Of a stretch of DNA of 64,000 nucleotides, positions 18,907-28,791 are shown one piece after another. The notes under the pieces were generated by a model. That model made no database searches and was not told the origin of the DNA. It worked only from the letters and a program-made list of their open reading frames with translations. This DNA is from Promethearchaeota archaeon Loki_b32 (lineage in GTDB: Archaea; Asgardarchaeota; Lokiarchaeia; Sigyniarchaeales; SOKP01), in contig NJBH01000016.1 of NCBI GenBank assembly GCA_005223125.1, forward strand, positions 1-64,000, read 5' to 3'. The first letter of the stretch is position 1. Every line of letters starts with the position of its first letter. A program made the position numbers and the translations under genes.

Positions 18907-19845
18907 CTAAGTATCTCTGCTATCAGCAGTTTGATTAATGAGGTTTTTTATCCAATCGATTTTAGGAGGATTATACTTACTAGTCTCTTCAAGTAATTTC
19001 TTGGCTTTAATATTATCTGGTTCAATCTCTAGTAAATAATGACAAAAATCTAATGCATTTTCATAGAATCCTACCTCAAATGACAATGATGCTAAATCAA
19101 GAAGAATTTTCGAATCTGATGGATTTTTTAATACAATTATATTCAAACTTTTATTAAATTCCATGTAAGCTTTAATAAATTTTAACACTTTTTCTGCGGG
19201 TTGAATAAGGTCTTCATGTCCCTCGCATAGTATATCTAGATTTAATCCTAAGAGCTTTGGCATCGATTTGAGATAGGCATCTAAGTCACCGCCACGAATA
19301 TTTATAGCTATCCCTGGGAGATCTCCACCAAATAAAATCCTTTTACCCCCAGTTTCTAAAAGATAGGCTACTGAGCCAGGAGTATGTCCAGGAATGTGAA
19401 TACATTTAAACTCATAATTTCCAAATTTTAAAATCTCATTATCATTTTTAATTTTATTTGTGATTTTAACGGGTTCATATTTATAGTTTGCATATATTTG
19501 AGCAATATAAGGATCTTTTATTTTTAACTCATTGTCTTCAGCATCTAGCTCATGTACATAAAATTTGATATCCTTGTTAAAATCTTTAAGCTTATGACAT
19601 GCTCCATAATGGTCTATATGACCGTGTGTTATAAGACAGTGTTTAATTTCTTTTAGATCAAACCCATCTTCCTCGATAACTCGGAGGAGTTCTATATCCA
19701 TTCCAGCATCAATTAAGACCAATCCATCATCGCTTTTAGTATCAATCATATAAACACAGGATCCCTGAACATTAGGGTCAAAAGGTTTAACAATATAGAC
19801 ATTATCTACAACTTTTCTCATTTTTATCACGAAAAATTTTAACAT
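18907..19845 (-). CDS. Metallo-beta-lactamase-fold hydrolase with C-terminal TPR-like repeat
   Basis: THGHIDHYG, PGHTPG, GGD, EGH; LEIEPDN TPR-like end. Confidence 0.88.
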   Translation of the reverse strand: MLKFFVIKMRKVVDNVYIVKPFDPNVQGSCVYMIDTKSDDGLVLIDAGMDIELLRVIEEDGFDLKEIKHCLITHGHIDHYGACHKLKDFNKDIKFYVHELDAEDNELKIKDPYIAQIYANYKYEPVKITNKIKNDNEILKFGNYEFKCIHIPGHTPGSVAYLLETGGKRILFGGDLPGIAINIRGGDLDAYLKSMPKLLGLNLDILCEGHEDLIQPAEKVLKFIKAYMEFNKSLNIIVLKNPSDSKILLDLASLSFEVGFYENALDFCHYLLEIEPDNIKAKKLLEETSKYNPPKIDWIKNLINQTADSRDT

Positions 19846-20083
19846 TTAAAGTGAACTTAAATATTTACTATTTTTAAAAATATTTTGCTTACTCGAAAAG
19901 TTTTGTAGAAATATTTATGTTATTATGTTATATATTTCTAAATTTTAAGTATAATAGATCTATCTTAGTAATAATTTTAAAATACAGTAAGCTTCTAACT
20001 AATTTGCTAGTGACTAGGATTTTATAAAATTTGTATTGTTTAACTAATCATTCAAAATTATATTGAAAATTGGGTAATCAAAT

Positions 20084-20674
20084 TTGAAATTAAAATTAGA
20101 TGATGTAAAAGAAGAAGATAAAGGAATTCTCGCTCCATGTGGTATTATTTGTTTAGGATGTGATACTCATATTGGTGAAGGATTAGATGCTGCAAAGAAT
20201 CTTAAGGAGATTTGGGAAACGAGTAATTTAAGAGATGCCGGTATTGCAATCGGATTAGACTTAAAGGAAATAAATACAACATTAGAAACAATAAGTAAAT
20301 ACATTGAGAAGTCTGGTAGAGGAGGTTGTCCTGGATGCTTTAAAGGAGGTTTTGCTTCACAATTTTGTGGTATTGCAAAATGTGTTAATTCTAAAGTTTA
20401 TTTTACTTGTGCTGAATGTGATGATTATGATCCTATGGCAGAAAATCCATGCCCTAACGAGGACCCTAATCCCGTGCCAATGGCAAATAGAGCTCAAATG
20501 ACTAAAATGATCTGTATGCGATACAATAAGGATACATGTAATAATTTGAAGAAATGTCGTGAAATGGGTTATAAGGCATTTATAAAAGAAGCGAAAGAAA
20601 AAGTCGAAAATGGTTGGAGAACTTGGAAAGTAATTAGCGATGAGATGGTTTTTACAGAGGCTATGAAAAAATAA
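20084..20674 (+). CDS. DUF3795-like cysteine-rich (Fe-S/Zn) protein
   Basis: APCGIICLGC, CPGC, CGIAKC, TCAECDDY, PC. Confidence 0.75.
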   Translation: MKLKLDDVKEEDKGILAPCGIICLGCDTHIGEGLDAAKNLKEIWETSNLRDAGIAIGLDLKEINTTLETISKYIEKSGRGGCPGCFKGGFASQFCGIAKCVNSKVYFTCAECDDYDPMAENPCPNEDPNPVPMANRAQMTKMICMRYNKDTCNNLKKCREMGYKAFIKEAKEKVENGWRTWKVISDEMVFTEAMKK

Positions 20675-21145
20675 TTAAATAATTCGTCCTTCAGATTGAT
20701 TTCGCGAAACTTTAATAGGTCTTAAAACTACACATACTCTTTCAACGCTTTTTACATCAGCACGAGCACGAAATGACTCTATTAACGCATCTAGCTCAAT
20801 TATTTCTGGTACATTAACCTTTACTAAAACACCACATTCTCCAGCAAGAAAGTAAACTTCCTCACATTGAGGAAGAACCTGTGCCTCTCTTAATAACTCT
20901 TTTGTTTCAGCTTGAGTTTTTGGAATTAATGTAATGAATGCAATAATACATCTCTCATCTTCGCGACATATCTTTATGGTAAATTTCTCGATTACCCCCT
21001 CTTCTTGAAGCTTGATAGTTCTTTTTCTTACAGTAGATTCAGATAACTGTACTTTAGAATCATTTGCTATTTCGTGATATGGTCTTCTAGAATCCTCAAG
21101 AAGCATTTCAAGAATTCTTTTATCCTTCTCATCAAGACTTTTCAT
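20675..21145 (-). CDS. Lrp/AsnC family transcriptional regulator
   Basis: LDEKDKRILEML-DSRRPY-EIA...LSESTVRKR...GVIEKFT. Confidence 0.92.
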   Translation of the reverse strand: MKSLDEKDKRILEMLLEDSRRPYHEIANDSKVQLSESTVRKRTIKLQEEGVIEKFTIKICREDERCIIAFITLIPKTQAETKELLREAQVLPQCEEVYFLAGECGVLVKVNVPEIIELDALIESFRARADVKSVERVCVVLRPIKVSRNQSEGRII

Positions 21146-21233
21146 AATCAGCCCTTTTATATTTATTTTCTTTATTAAAAAAATTTAATTAAATTTTAAA
21201 AAATTATTTTTCTTTAAATAAATATTCCTATTT

Positions 21234-22166
21234 TTAAAAGTCCTTAAGGAGTGGTTCAAACAATCTTTCATAATGTACTGCCATGCAATGAATTCCTGCA
21301 GCTTTCGTGGTTTTCTTAATTTCTTTAATAAATGGTTCGTAAAATTCTAGATTAATTTTATCGATCGCCGCATATTTTTGTTGTTTATCTTTTATTTTTT
21401 TTGTTGCCTTTAGAGCGTCAAGAAAATCCTTAGGAACCGAAACCCCGGGAATATATTCGTTGAAATACCAAGCAATTCCATAATTTTTAATTGGGAATAA
21501 TCCAAGCAAAACAGGTATGTTGTATTTTTCTAATTCCTTTAAAAACTCCTTAGCATCATCTACATCAAAACTTGTTTGTGTTTGTATGAAATCAGCACCA
21601 ACATCTACCTTTCTACCAACTTTTAAAATTTCTGGGTCTCTTGGATTTGAATTTGGATTCGCTGCACACCCCACATTTATCTGGGGTTTTCCACCTTGTA
21701 TTTCATTTCCTTCTAAATCAGTGCCTTCATCAACCATCTTTGAAACGAGTTCTATCAATTGAGTGGAATCTAAGTCATAAACCGCTCTAGCGTTGCCATG
21801 ATCTCCAAGAGCCGAATGATCTCCAGTTAACGCAAGTAAATTTTTAAGACCAAGTATCGATCCACCTAAAATATCACCAAATAAGGCAATTCGATTTCTA
21901 TCTCTAACAGTCATCTGCCAAATTGCTTCTAAACCAACCTTTTCTTGAACTAAGTAGCAAGGTACCATGGAACATGTATAAGCATCTCCCTGAGGGCCAT
22001 CTGTAACATTAGCGGCAATAATTTTTCCGGTTTTTTTCATTTCTTCTGCAGAATGTAGAACATGCTTTAAATCAAAATCCTTTTCAGGTTCTAATTCACC
22101 AGTGAATACAAACTTTCCTTCTCGGATTGCTTTAACTAAATTACTATAAGCAGGTCTTTGTGGCAT
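21234..22166 (-). CDS. metF: Methylenetetrahydrofolate reductase MetF (start corrected to ATG at 22166)
   Basis: TGELEP, ANVTD, TVRDRNRIAL, LALTGD, KVDVGADFIQTQ, AGIHCM; MPQRP start lies 2 nt from the metV stop. Confidence 0.92.
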   Translation of the reverse strand: MPQRPAYSNLVKAIREGKFVFTGELEPEKDFDLKHVLHSAEEMKKTGKIIAANVTDGPQGDAYTCSMVPCYLVQEKVGLEAIWQMTVRDRNRIALFGDILGGSILGLKNLLALTGDHSALGDHGNARAVYDLDSTQLIELVSKMVDEGTDLEGNEIQGGKPQINVGCAANPNSNPRDPEILKVGRKVDVGADFIQTQTSFDVDDAKEFLKELEKYNIPVLLGLFPIKNYGIAWYFNEYIPGVSVPKDFLDALKATKKIKDKQQKYAAIDKINLEFYEPFIKEIKKTTKAAGIHCMAVHYERLFEPLLKDF

Positions 22167-22167
22167 T

Positions 22168-22866
22168 TTATACCTTTTCCTCCTTTTTTGGTTCTTTCTC
22201 ACTTGATATAGGTTCATAAATATGTAAAAATCTTGGGCTCGACCATATCTGATAATTCCTTGGAGGTCTATATATTGTGAATAGATCAAGTCTATTGAAT
22301 TTCTTCAATCGTTCCCAGATTTTCACCCACGCACAATCATGTATATATCCTCCTACTTCACATTTACCTTCGACTTGTCCTCCACAAGGACCGTTACTTA
22401 GGTTTTTGGCACATCCTGCCATAGGACAGATACCACCTGTTTCTCCCAGTAGACATTCACCACAAGTTTCACAATACTCAACGAAATAATTTTCTCCATT
22501 ATTCTCTGCTCCTCCAAACATACTGTCTTGCGCTGGAAAAGTGAGAATTGTCGGAAAAATTCTATTTAACATTCCTACTCCTAAACCACATGCTAATGAC
22601 ATAATTGCATCATATTCTTCAATAAAAGGTCTTATTGTTGTTGCTGCAATTCTATCATCACACTGTCTTAAAACAGTAATGGCTTTCCACTTTAATTCTT
22701 TTCCATTACTCCTTGCTTTTAATTCGAGCATTTGTGCTAGTACTTTTGCTTCGTTAATTGAGCGTGGAGGTTGACAACAACCATCACACCCCGCAACAAG
22801 GATTTTTGAGTATGGTTTTATCATTTCATATATTTCTTCAATATCCTTTTGTTTAGTTATAATCAT
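22168..22866 (-). CDS. metV: MetV, Fe-S/Zn small subunit of MetFV-type methylene-THF reductase
   Basis: GCDGC, RQCD, LACGLG, CETCGECLLGETGGICP, CAKNLSNGPCGG, KCEV, DCAW. Confidence 0.9.
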   Translation of the reverse strand: MIITKQKDIEEIYEMIKPYSKILVAGCDGCCQPPRSINEAKVLAQMLELKARSNGKELKWKAITVLRQCDDRIAATTIRPFIEEYDAIMSLACGLGVGMLNRIFPTILTFPAQDSMFGGAENNGENYFVEYCETCGECLLGETGGICPMAGCAKNLSNGPCGGQVEGKCEVGGYIHDCAWVKIWERLKKFNRLDLFTIYRPPRNYQIWSSPRFLHIYEPISSEKEPKKEEKV

Positions 22867-22883
22867 ATTAAAAAACTCCTAAT

Positions 22884-25800
22884 TTATCTAGCAATTAAAA
22901 TTTCTTTTTTTTTATAGTCATTTTCAATAGGACCTAATTTTTTTAACTTTTCTGTAAAATTTGTGATGGTTTCAGCATATATTTTTCCTTCACTCGCAGA
23001 AACCCATTTTCGCATGAATCTTTCTGGATTAATTCCAAGAGATCCTATTATCTTTTCAATTTCATTAGTTCTTCTTAAAGTATCTTGATTTCCGGCTATA
23101 TAATGACAATCTCCTAGATGACATCCACCTACAAAAACACCATCAGCACCTTCTAAAAATGCTTGTAATATAAAGCTCTTAGGGATGCCCCCAGAACACA
23201 TAACTCTTATAGTCCTTATATTTGGAGGATACTGATATCGACTTACTCCGGCTAAATCAGCTCCAGCATAACTACACCAGTTACAGAGAAAAGCAACAAT
23301 TCTTGGTTGTCCATCTGAAACTGTAACTTTAGCAGCTTCAGTTATCATTGGTTCAATTTGAATACGGCCGAAATGACTCATTGTTATAGCTTCCGCAGGA
23401 CATTCAGCAGCACAATCTCCACAACCTTTGCAAAGTAAAGGATTAACTTCAGAGATCATTATACCTTCTTCATATTTTACACCAACAGCACCATAATTAC
23501 AAACATCAGCACATCTATTACAACCAATGCATAAAGCGGGATCAACCTTAGAAATAATACCCTCAGTTATTAAAATATCTTTAGATAAAATTGTGGTGGC
23601 TCTAGATGCCGCGGACATTGCCTGTGCTATACTTTCACTTATTGTTGCAGTTCCACGAGCAGTACCACATAAAAAGATACCTTCAGTTGCGAAATCTGAT
23701 GGTCGGAGCTTTACATGAGCCTCTAAGAAAAAATTATCATCATTAATAGGAACCTTCAACATTTTTGCCAAATTTTCATTGGTTTCGCCATCAGCAACTA
23801 TACCGGCGCTTAGAGCAACTAAATCCGCATTAATCTTGATATTTCCAATATCAGGTTTGTCTATATAAATAGCTAATTTACCATTTTCTAGGTTAATTTC
23901 GGGAGGTTTGTCATCTTTAAACCTAAGAAAAATTACTCCTTTTTCTCTAGCTAAATTGTAATACTTTTCTTTAAAACCATAAGTTCTAATATCCCTATAG
24001 AGAACAATAATATTAAGATTCGGGTTAATTTCTTTTGCTTTTAATGCATTTTTAATAGCTTCACTACAACACATTCTACTACAATAAGGATTCTCTTCAT
24101 TTCTTGAACCAACACACTGGATCATTACAACTGATTTTAGATCATTAATTTTTTCTTCTTCAGTAAAAAGAATTTTCTCAAATTCTGATTGCAAAATAAC
24201 TCGTTTATCTTTGCTAAACAAAAATTCACTATTTTTAGGTTGATATTCATGAGCTCCCGTAGCAACTATAATAATACCGTGCTGGAATTCTTTCTCTTGT
24301 TTCTCTTTACCATAAGTAATTTTAGTAGTAAAGTTGCAAACATAGCCACCTATTGAGCTAATTCTAGCGTTTAGAAATATGTTAATAAGTTTATGTTCAT
24401 TAACTTTATTAATTAAATCTTTAAGAAATTCTTGAACGTTATAATTTTCTATAGTTTGATAAATATTATTAGAAAAACCCCCTAAATTTTCACTTTTCTC
24501 TACCAGGAACACTTCAAATCCTTGATTTGCCAGATTCAAAGCTGCTGTCATTCCTGCAACACCTCCGCCAACTATCATTCCCTTGTGAATTACTTCTACT
24601 TGTTGTTCTTGAAGAGGAACTAATTTTCGAGCTTTTGCAACAGCCATTCTCACTAAATCCTTCGCTTTTTCTGTAGCTTCCTCGGGTTCATGCATATGTA
24701 CCCATGAGCATTGATCCCGTATATTTGCTAAATCGAAGAGATATTTGTTCAAACCTGCCTCTCTAATGGTCGCTTGAAACAATGGTTCATGAGTTCTTGG
24801 TGTACATGAAGCAACTATTACTCTATTTAAATTAAACTCTTTGATTTTTTCTTTAATATTAGTTTGGGTATCAGCAGAGCATGTATACAAATTTCTTTCT
24901 GAATATATTACATCTGGTAATTGATTTGCATATTCGACAACTTCAGGAACATCTACAACGCCTCCAATATTAATACCACAATGACATATGAAAACACCGA
25001 TGCGAGGTGGTTCTCCACTTATATCAATTTCTTTTGGTAATTCTTTTTCCGTGATTAAAGTGTTCCTAACATCAGATAAAAGAATATTGACAGCACCTGC
25101 GGCAGCACTCGCCTCTACAACTGTTTCTGGAATATCTTTAGGTTCTGAAATCATACCACATACATAAATTCCTTCTCTTGACGATTCTACAGGGGAGAAT
25201 GGTTTTGTCTTACAAAAATCATAACCATTCAATTCAATGTTTAATTTTTTTGCCAACTCTTTTGTACTATGATTTGGTAAAGCTCCTACCGCTAAAACAA
25301 CTAGATTAAAAATTTCACTAACTATCTTTCCTTCTTCATTTTCAAAATGAAGAATTAGATCTTTCGTCTCTGATATTTCCTTAATATCAGATATTCTGCT
25401 TCTAATATATCTTATACCATACTCATCTTGAGCACGTTCAATATATTTATCAAAATCTTTTCCAACAGCTCTCACATCCATTGAGAAAATCGTGGGATCA
25501 ATGATTTCCATATGTTCTTTCGCAATTACAGCTTCTTTAGCGGTATACATACAACAAACTGAAGAACAATATTCTGCACCACGCTTTTTGTCTCTTGAAC
25601 CAACACATTGCAAAAATGCTATTTTTCTTGGGATAATTCCATCTGAAGGCCGAAGAATAATTCCCGAATGTGGACCACTTGCACTTAATATTCGCTCAAA
25701 TTCAATACTAGTAACAACATTCAAATATTTACTATACCCATATTGCTGGATAATACTAGGGTCATATTCATCAAAACCTATTGCTAAAATAATAGCTCCA

Positions 25801-26345
25801 ACATTTAGAGTAGTGAATTTATCCTCAAGAGTATAATCAATGGCTTTAGCTTTACAGACACCTTTACAAAAACCACATCCGATGCATATATCCTGATCAA
25901 TTGAAAAAACTAAAGGAACTGCTTGTGGGAATTTAACTGATATAGCGGCTCTATTTGAAAGCCCCTCATTAAAAAAATCGATAGCCTCTACAGGACATTC
26001 TTGGGCACATACTCCACAGCCAGTACATTTTTCTTGATCCAATAATAAAGAATTTTGTTTCAACTCAACAGTAAAATTACCGGGATTTCCATCAATTTTT
26101 TCTAAATTTGTATTAATCAAAAGTGTAATATTTTCATGACGTCCAGCAGCAACCAATTTAGGAGCGAGAATACATATAGAACAATCATTCGTAGGAAAAG
26201 TTTTATCTAATTGAGACATAACACCTCCTATACTCATTGATGATTCAACTAAATAAACTTTATAGCCAGAATCTGCTAAATCCATTGAAGCTTGGATACC
26301 TGCTATTCCTCCACCTATTACTAGAACTGAACCAATTTTTTCCAT
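22884..26345 (-). CDS. hdrA: Tandem HdrA (two FAD modules) fused to C-terminal MvhD
   Basis: GGGIAG, QLDKTFPTNDCSICI, EFER, QCVGSRD, YCSSVCCMY-AKEA, ICHCG-NI, second GGGVAG, ferredoxin motifs, then FLCNWCSYAGAD...RVMCSG...GCHLGDCHY. Confidence 0.93.
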   Translation of the reverse strand: MEKIGSVLVIGGGIAGIQASMDLADSGYKVYLVESSMSIGGVMSQLDKTFPTNDCSICILAPKLVAAGRHENITLLINTNLEKIDGNPGNFTVELKQNSLLLDQEKCTGCGVCAQECPVEAIDFFNEGLSNRAAISVKFPQAVPLVFSIDQDICIGCGFCKGVCKAKAIDYTLEDKFTTLNVGAIILAIGFDEYDPSIIQQYGYSKYLNVVTSIEFERILSASGPHSGIILRPSDGIIPRKIAFLQCVGSRDKKRGAEYCSSVCCMYTAKEAVIAKEHMEIIDPTIFSMDVRAVGKDFDKYIERAQDEYGIRYIRSRISDIKEISETKDLILHFENEEGKIVSEIFNLVVLAVGALPNHSTKELAKKLNIELNGYDFCKTKPFSPVESSREGIYVCGMISEPKDIPETVVEASAAAGAVNILLSDVRNTLITEKELPKEIDISGEPPRIGVFICHCGINIGGVVDVPEVVEYANQLPDVIYSERNLYTCSADTQTNIKEKIKEFNLNRVIVASCTPRTHEPLFQATIREAGLNKYLFDLANIRDQCSWVHMHEPEEATEKAKDLVRMAVAKARKLVPLQEQQVEVIHKGMIVGGGVAGMTAALNLANQGFEVFLVEKSENLGGFSNNIYQTIENYNVQEFLKDLINKVNEHKLINIFLNARISSIGGYVCNFTTKITYGKEKQEKEFQHGIIIVATGAHEYQPKNSEFLFSKDKRVILQSEFEKILFTEEEKINDLKSVVMIQCVGSRNEENPYCSRMCCSEAIKNALKAKEINPNLNIIVLYRDIRTYGFKEKYYNLAREKGVIFLRFKDDKPPEINLENGKLAIYIDKPDIGNIKINADLVALSAGIVADGETNENLAKMLKVPINDDNFFLEAHVKLRPSDFATEGIFLCGTARGTATISESIAQAMSAASRATTILSKDILITEGIISKVDPALCIGCNRCADVCNYGAVGVKYEEGIMISEVNPLLCKGCGDCAAECPAEAITMSHFGRIQIEPMITEAAKVTVSDGQPRIVAFLCNWCSYAGADLAGVSRYQYPPNIRTIRVMCSGGIPKSFILQAFLEGADGVFVGGCHLGDCHYIAGNQDTLRRTNEIEKIIGSLGINPERFMRKWVSASEGKIYAETITNFTEKLKKLGPIENDYKKKEILIAR

Positions 26346-26347
26346 CT

Positions 26348-27118
26348 TTAAACCTCTTTAATCGATTTAAAAGTGGGAATTTCTTCATTTATTTGATCAA
26401 CATCAACTAAACCTCGAGCTCGAAGAGTAACAATATGATGCAATACCTTATGAGGTTCAACCTCAATTTCCTTTGCAATATCAGGAACAGATTTACCCTC
26501 TTTTTTAATTTTTTCTATAATTTTATGTCGAATGATTTCATTTTCAATAGCATTATCAAGTATTTCCTCAAATTCTTCTGTTGGAATTATTTCGCCATAT
26601 ACATTCCCCTCTGTTGTTAATTCTCTTTGCCTAGCAACTAAAGCTCTTAACCTTGTATCACATAGAGCAAATTTGACAGCATTTAGATTGTCAATTATTT
26701 CTTTTTTTATCTTTTTATTTTTAACAGGAGATGGTCCCAATTTACGAATATGCTCAGTAAAATCACGGACTATTTGAGCGAATCTATTTCCTTCTGCAGC
26801 AGAAACCCAATCAAGTCGTACTCGATCAGAGAAGCTTATCATAGATAAAGTTTTACTTAACATTTTCATTTTTAATTCTGCTTCATAATTACCACTTATA
26901 TAATGGCAATCTCCTAAATGGCATCCTAAAACAAGTACTCCATCAATACCATTCATAAATGCTTCAGCGATAAATACAGGATCAACTCTTCCCGAACACA
27001 TAACACGAATAACTCTGACATTCGTTGGATATTGGATTCGACTAACACCTGCTAAGTCTGCTCCTGCATAAGAGCACCAATTACATAAAAATCCCAAAAT
27101 TTTTGGTTCAAATACCAT
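26348..27118 (-). CDS. mvhD: MvhD [2Fe-2S] subunit with C-terminal winged-HTH-like extension
   Basis: FLCNWCSYAGAD, RVMCSGRV, GCHLGDCHY, WVSAAEG; tail SVPDIAKEIEVEPHKVLHHIVTLRARGLV. Confidence 0.9.
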   Translation of the reverse strand: MVFEPKILGFLCNWCSYAGADLAGVSRIQYPTNVRVIRVMCSGRVDPVFIAEAFMNGIDGVLVLGCHLGDCHYISGNYEAELKMKMLSKTLSMISFSDRVRLDWVSAAEGNRFAQIVRDFTEHIRKLGPSPVKNKKIKKEIIDNLNAVKFALCDTRLRALVARQRELTTEGNVYGEIIPTEEFEEILDNAIENEIIRHKIIEKIKKEGKSVPDIAKEIEVEPHKVLHHIVTLRARGLVDVDQINEEIPTFKSIKEV

Positions 27119-27121
27119 TTA

Positions 27122-28786
27122 TTATCCACCTCCATAAGTTACAATTTCAGCAGTTATTTGATCACTAGTAAAGTGGTGTATGGTTATTGCATTTTGCGGA
27201 CAACTAGCGCCACATACTCCACACCCTTTACAAACAACCTTATTAACTACTACAGTATCTGTTTCTTCATCTCTAGATATTGCACTATAGGGACAAATCT
27301 TAATACATGCTTCACATCCCACACATAAATCTGTATTAATTTCGGCTGTAGAACCTTCTACTTCTAGCATTTCTTTCGAGATTATTGTACTTGCTCTAGA
27401 AGCTGCCGCATTTGATTGTGATATAGATTCTGATATATCTGCGGGCCAATGAGCTGAACCACATACAAATATACCATCAGTAGCAAAATCAACGGGTCTC
27501 AATTTCACATGAGCTTCTAAAAAGAAGTTATTCTCCTCTAACGGAACTTTTAACATTTTAGCTAATTGCTCTGAATCTTCATTTGCAATAAGTGGCATTG
27601 ATAATACCAATAGATCATATGGAACTCCAATACCTTGATTCATAAATTCATTATAAACTTCAATATGATCTTTCTTAATAATTGGAGGTTTTTCTGGCAA
27701 ATAATTTATAAATAATATTCCCATCTCTCTTGCTCTTCTATAATATTCCTCATAGGCAACACCCTGAGTTTGTAAATCTCTAAATATTATAGTAACATTA
27801 GCATCTGGATTTTGCTCTTTGAGTAAGATTGCATTTTTAAGAGCAGTCATACAACAAATATTCGAACAATATTTTCGTTCTTCATTTCTACAACCAACAC
27901 ATTGAATCATAGTTATGTTGTTGGTGTTGATTGAATTCTCTTTTAATAGTCCCTCTAATTCTAATTGACTTATTATATTTTTTCCATTATAATTATAATA
28001 ACCTTCTGGTGATAAAGCTTTCGCCCCTGTAGCAACAATAATTGCACCTGCTTCAATTTCAATTATTTTTTTATTTTGGAGAATAATTACTTTAAAATTT
28101 CCTACATATCCTTCAATTTTTTCTATTACAGCAGATTTATATACATCTATTTTTTTATGGTTCTCTACTAAATTTCTTGTTTCTAATAAATTTGAAGCAT
28201 CTTCATTAGTAGGATATACCTTATTCAGATATCTGAGTAATCCTCCTAATTCAGAGTCCTTTTCTATTAAACTTACTTTAAAGTTTTGGTTTGCTAGATT
28301 TAAAGCAGCGTTCATTCCTGCGATCCCTCCACCTATTACTATAGCAGAAGGTATCACACTAACTTGCATTTTTTCTAATGATTCTAATAGGGCAGCCTTA
28401 TAAACTCCCATTCTAATGAGATCTTTGGCTTTTTCGGTGCCTTTTTCTGGTTCTTTCATATGAACCCAAGAATCTTGATCTCGAATATTTACCATTTCAA
28501 ATAAATAAGGATTTAAACCAGCTTCTTGACAAGTTGATCTAAATAAAGGTTCATGGGTTCGAGGAGAACATGATGCTACAATAACACGATTTAAATTATG
28601 TTCTTTTATATTTTCTCTGATCTCACTTAATCCCACTTCTGAACATGTATAAAGGTTAGCAGCACTATACACTACATTTGGTAAAGTCTTGGTATATTCT
28701 GTTAACTCAGGAATATCTAAAACACCGCCTATATTAGTACCACAATGACAAATAAAAACTCCAATTCTAATAGCTTCATCCGACAT
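27122..28786 (-). CDS. hdrA: HdrA-like subunit, equivalent to the C-terminal half of a tandem HdrA
   Basis: ICHCGTNI, ASCSPRTHEP, GGGIAG, YCSNICC, EAHVKLRP, two C-terminal ferredoxin motifs. Confidence 0.9.
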   Translation of the reverse strand: MSDEAIRIGVFICHCGTNIGGVLDIPELTEYTKTLPNVVYSAANLYTCSEVGLSEIRENIKEHNLNRVIVASCSPRTHEPLFRSTCQEAGLNPYLFEMVNIRDQDSWVHMKEPEKGTEKAKDLIRMGVYKAALLESLEKMQVSVIPSAIVIGGGIAGMNAALNLANQNFKVSLIEKDSELGGLLRYLNKVYPTNEDASNLLETRNLVENHKKIDVYKSAVIEKIEGYVGNFKVIILQNKKIIEIEAGAIIVATGAKALSPEGYYNYNGKNIISQLELEGLLKENSINTNNITMIQCVGCRNEERKYCSNICCMTALKNAILLKEQNPDANVTIIFRDLQTQGVAYEEYYRRAREMGILFINYLPEKPPIIKKDHIEVYNEFMNQGIGVPYDLLVLSMPLIANEDSEQLAKMLKVPLEENNFFLEAHVKLRPVDFATDGIFVCGSAHWPADISESISQSNAAASRASTIISKEMLEVEGSTAEINTDLCVGCEACIKICPYSAISRDEETDTVVVNKVVCKGCGVCGASCPQNAITIHHFTSDQITAEIVTYGGG

Positions 28787-28791
28787 TTTTT

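Noticed and set aside
22167-22289. N-terminal 41-aa extension of MetF in the ORF track
   Set aside because: Overlaps metV by 122 nt; the ATG at 22166 directly after the metV stop is the better start
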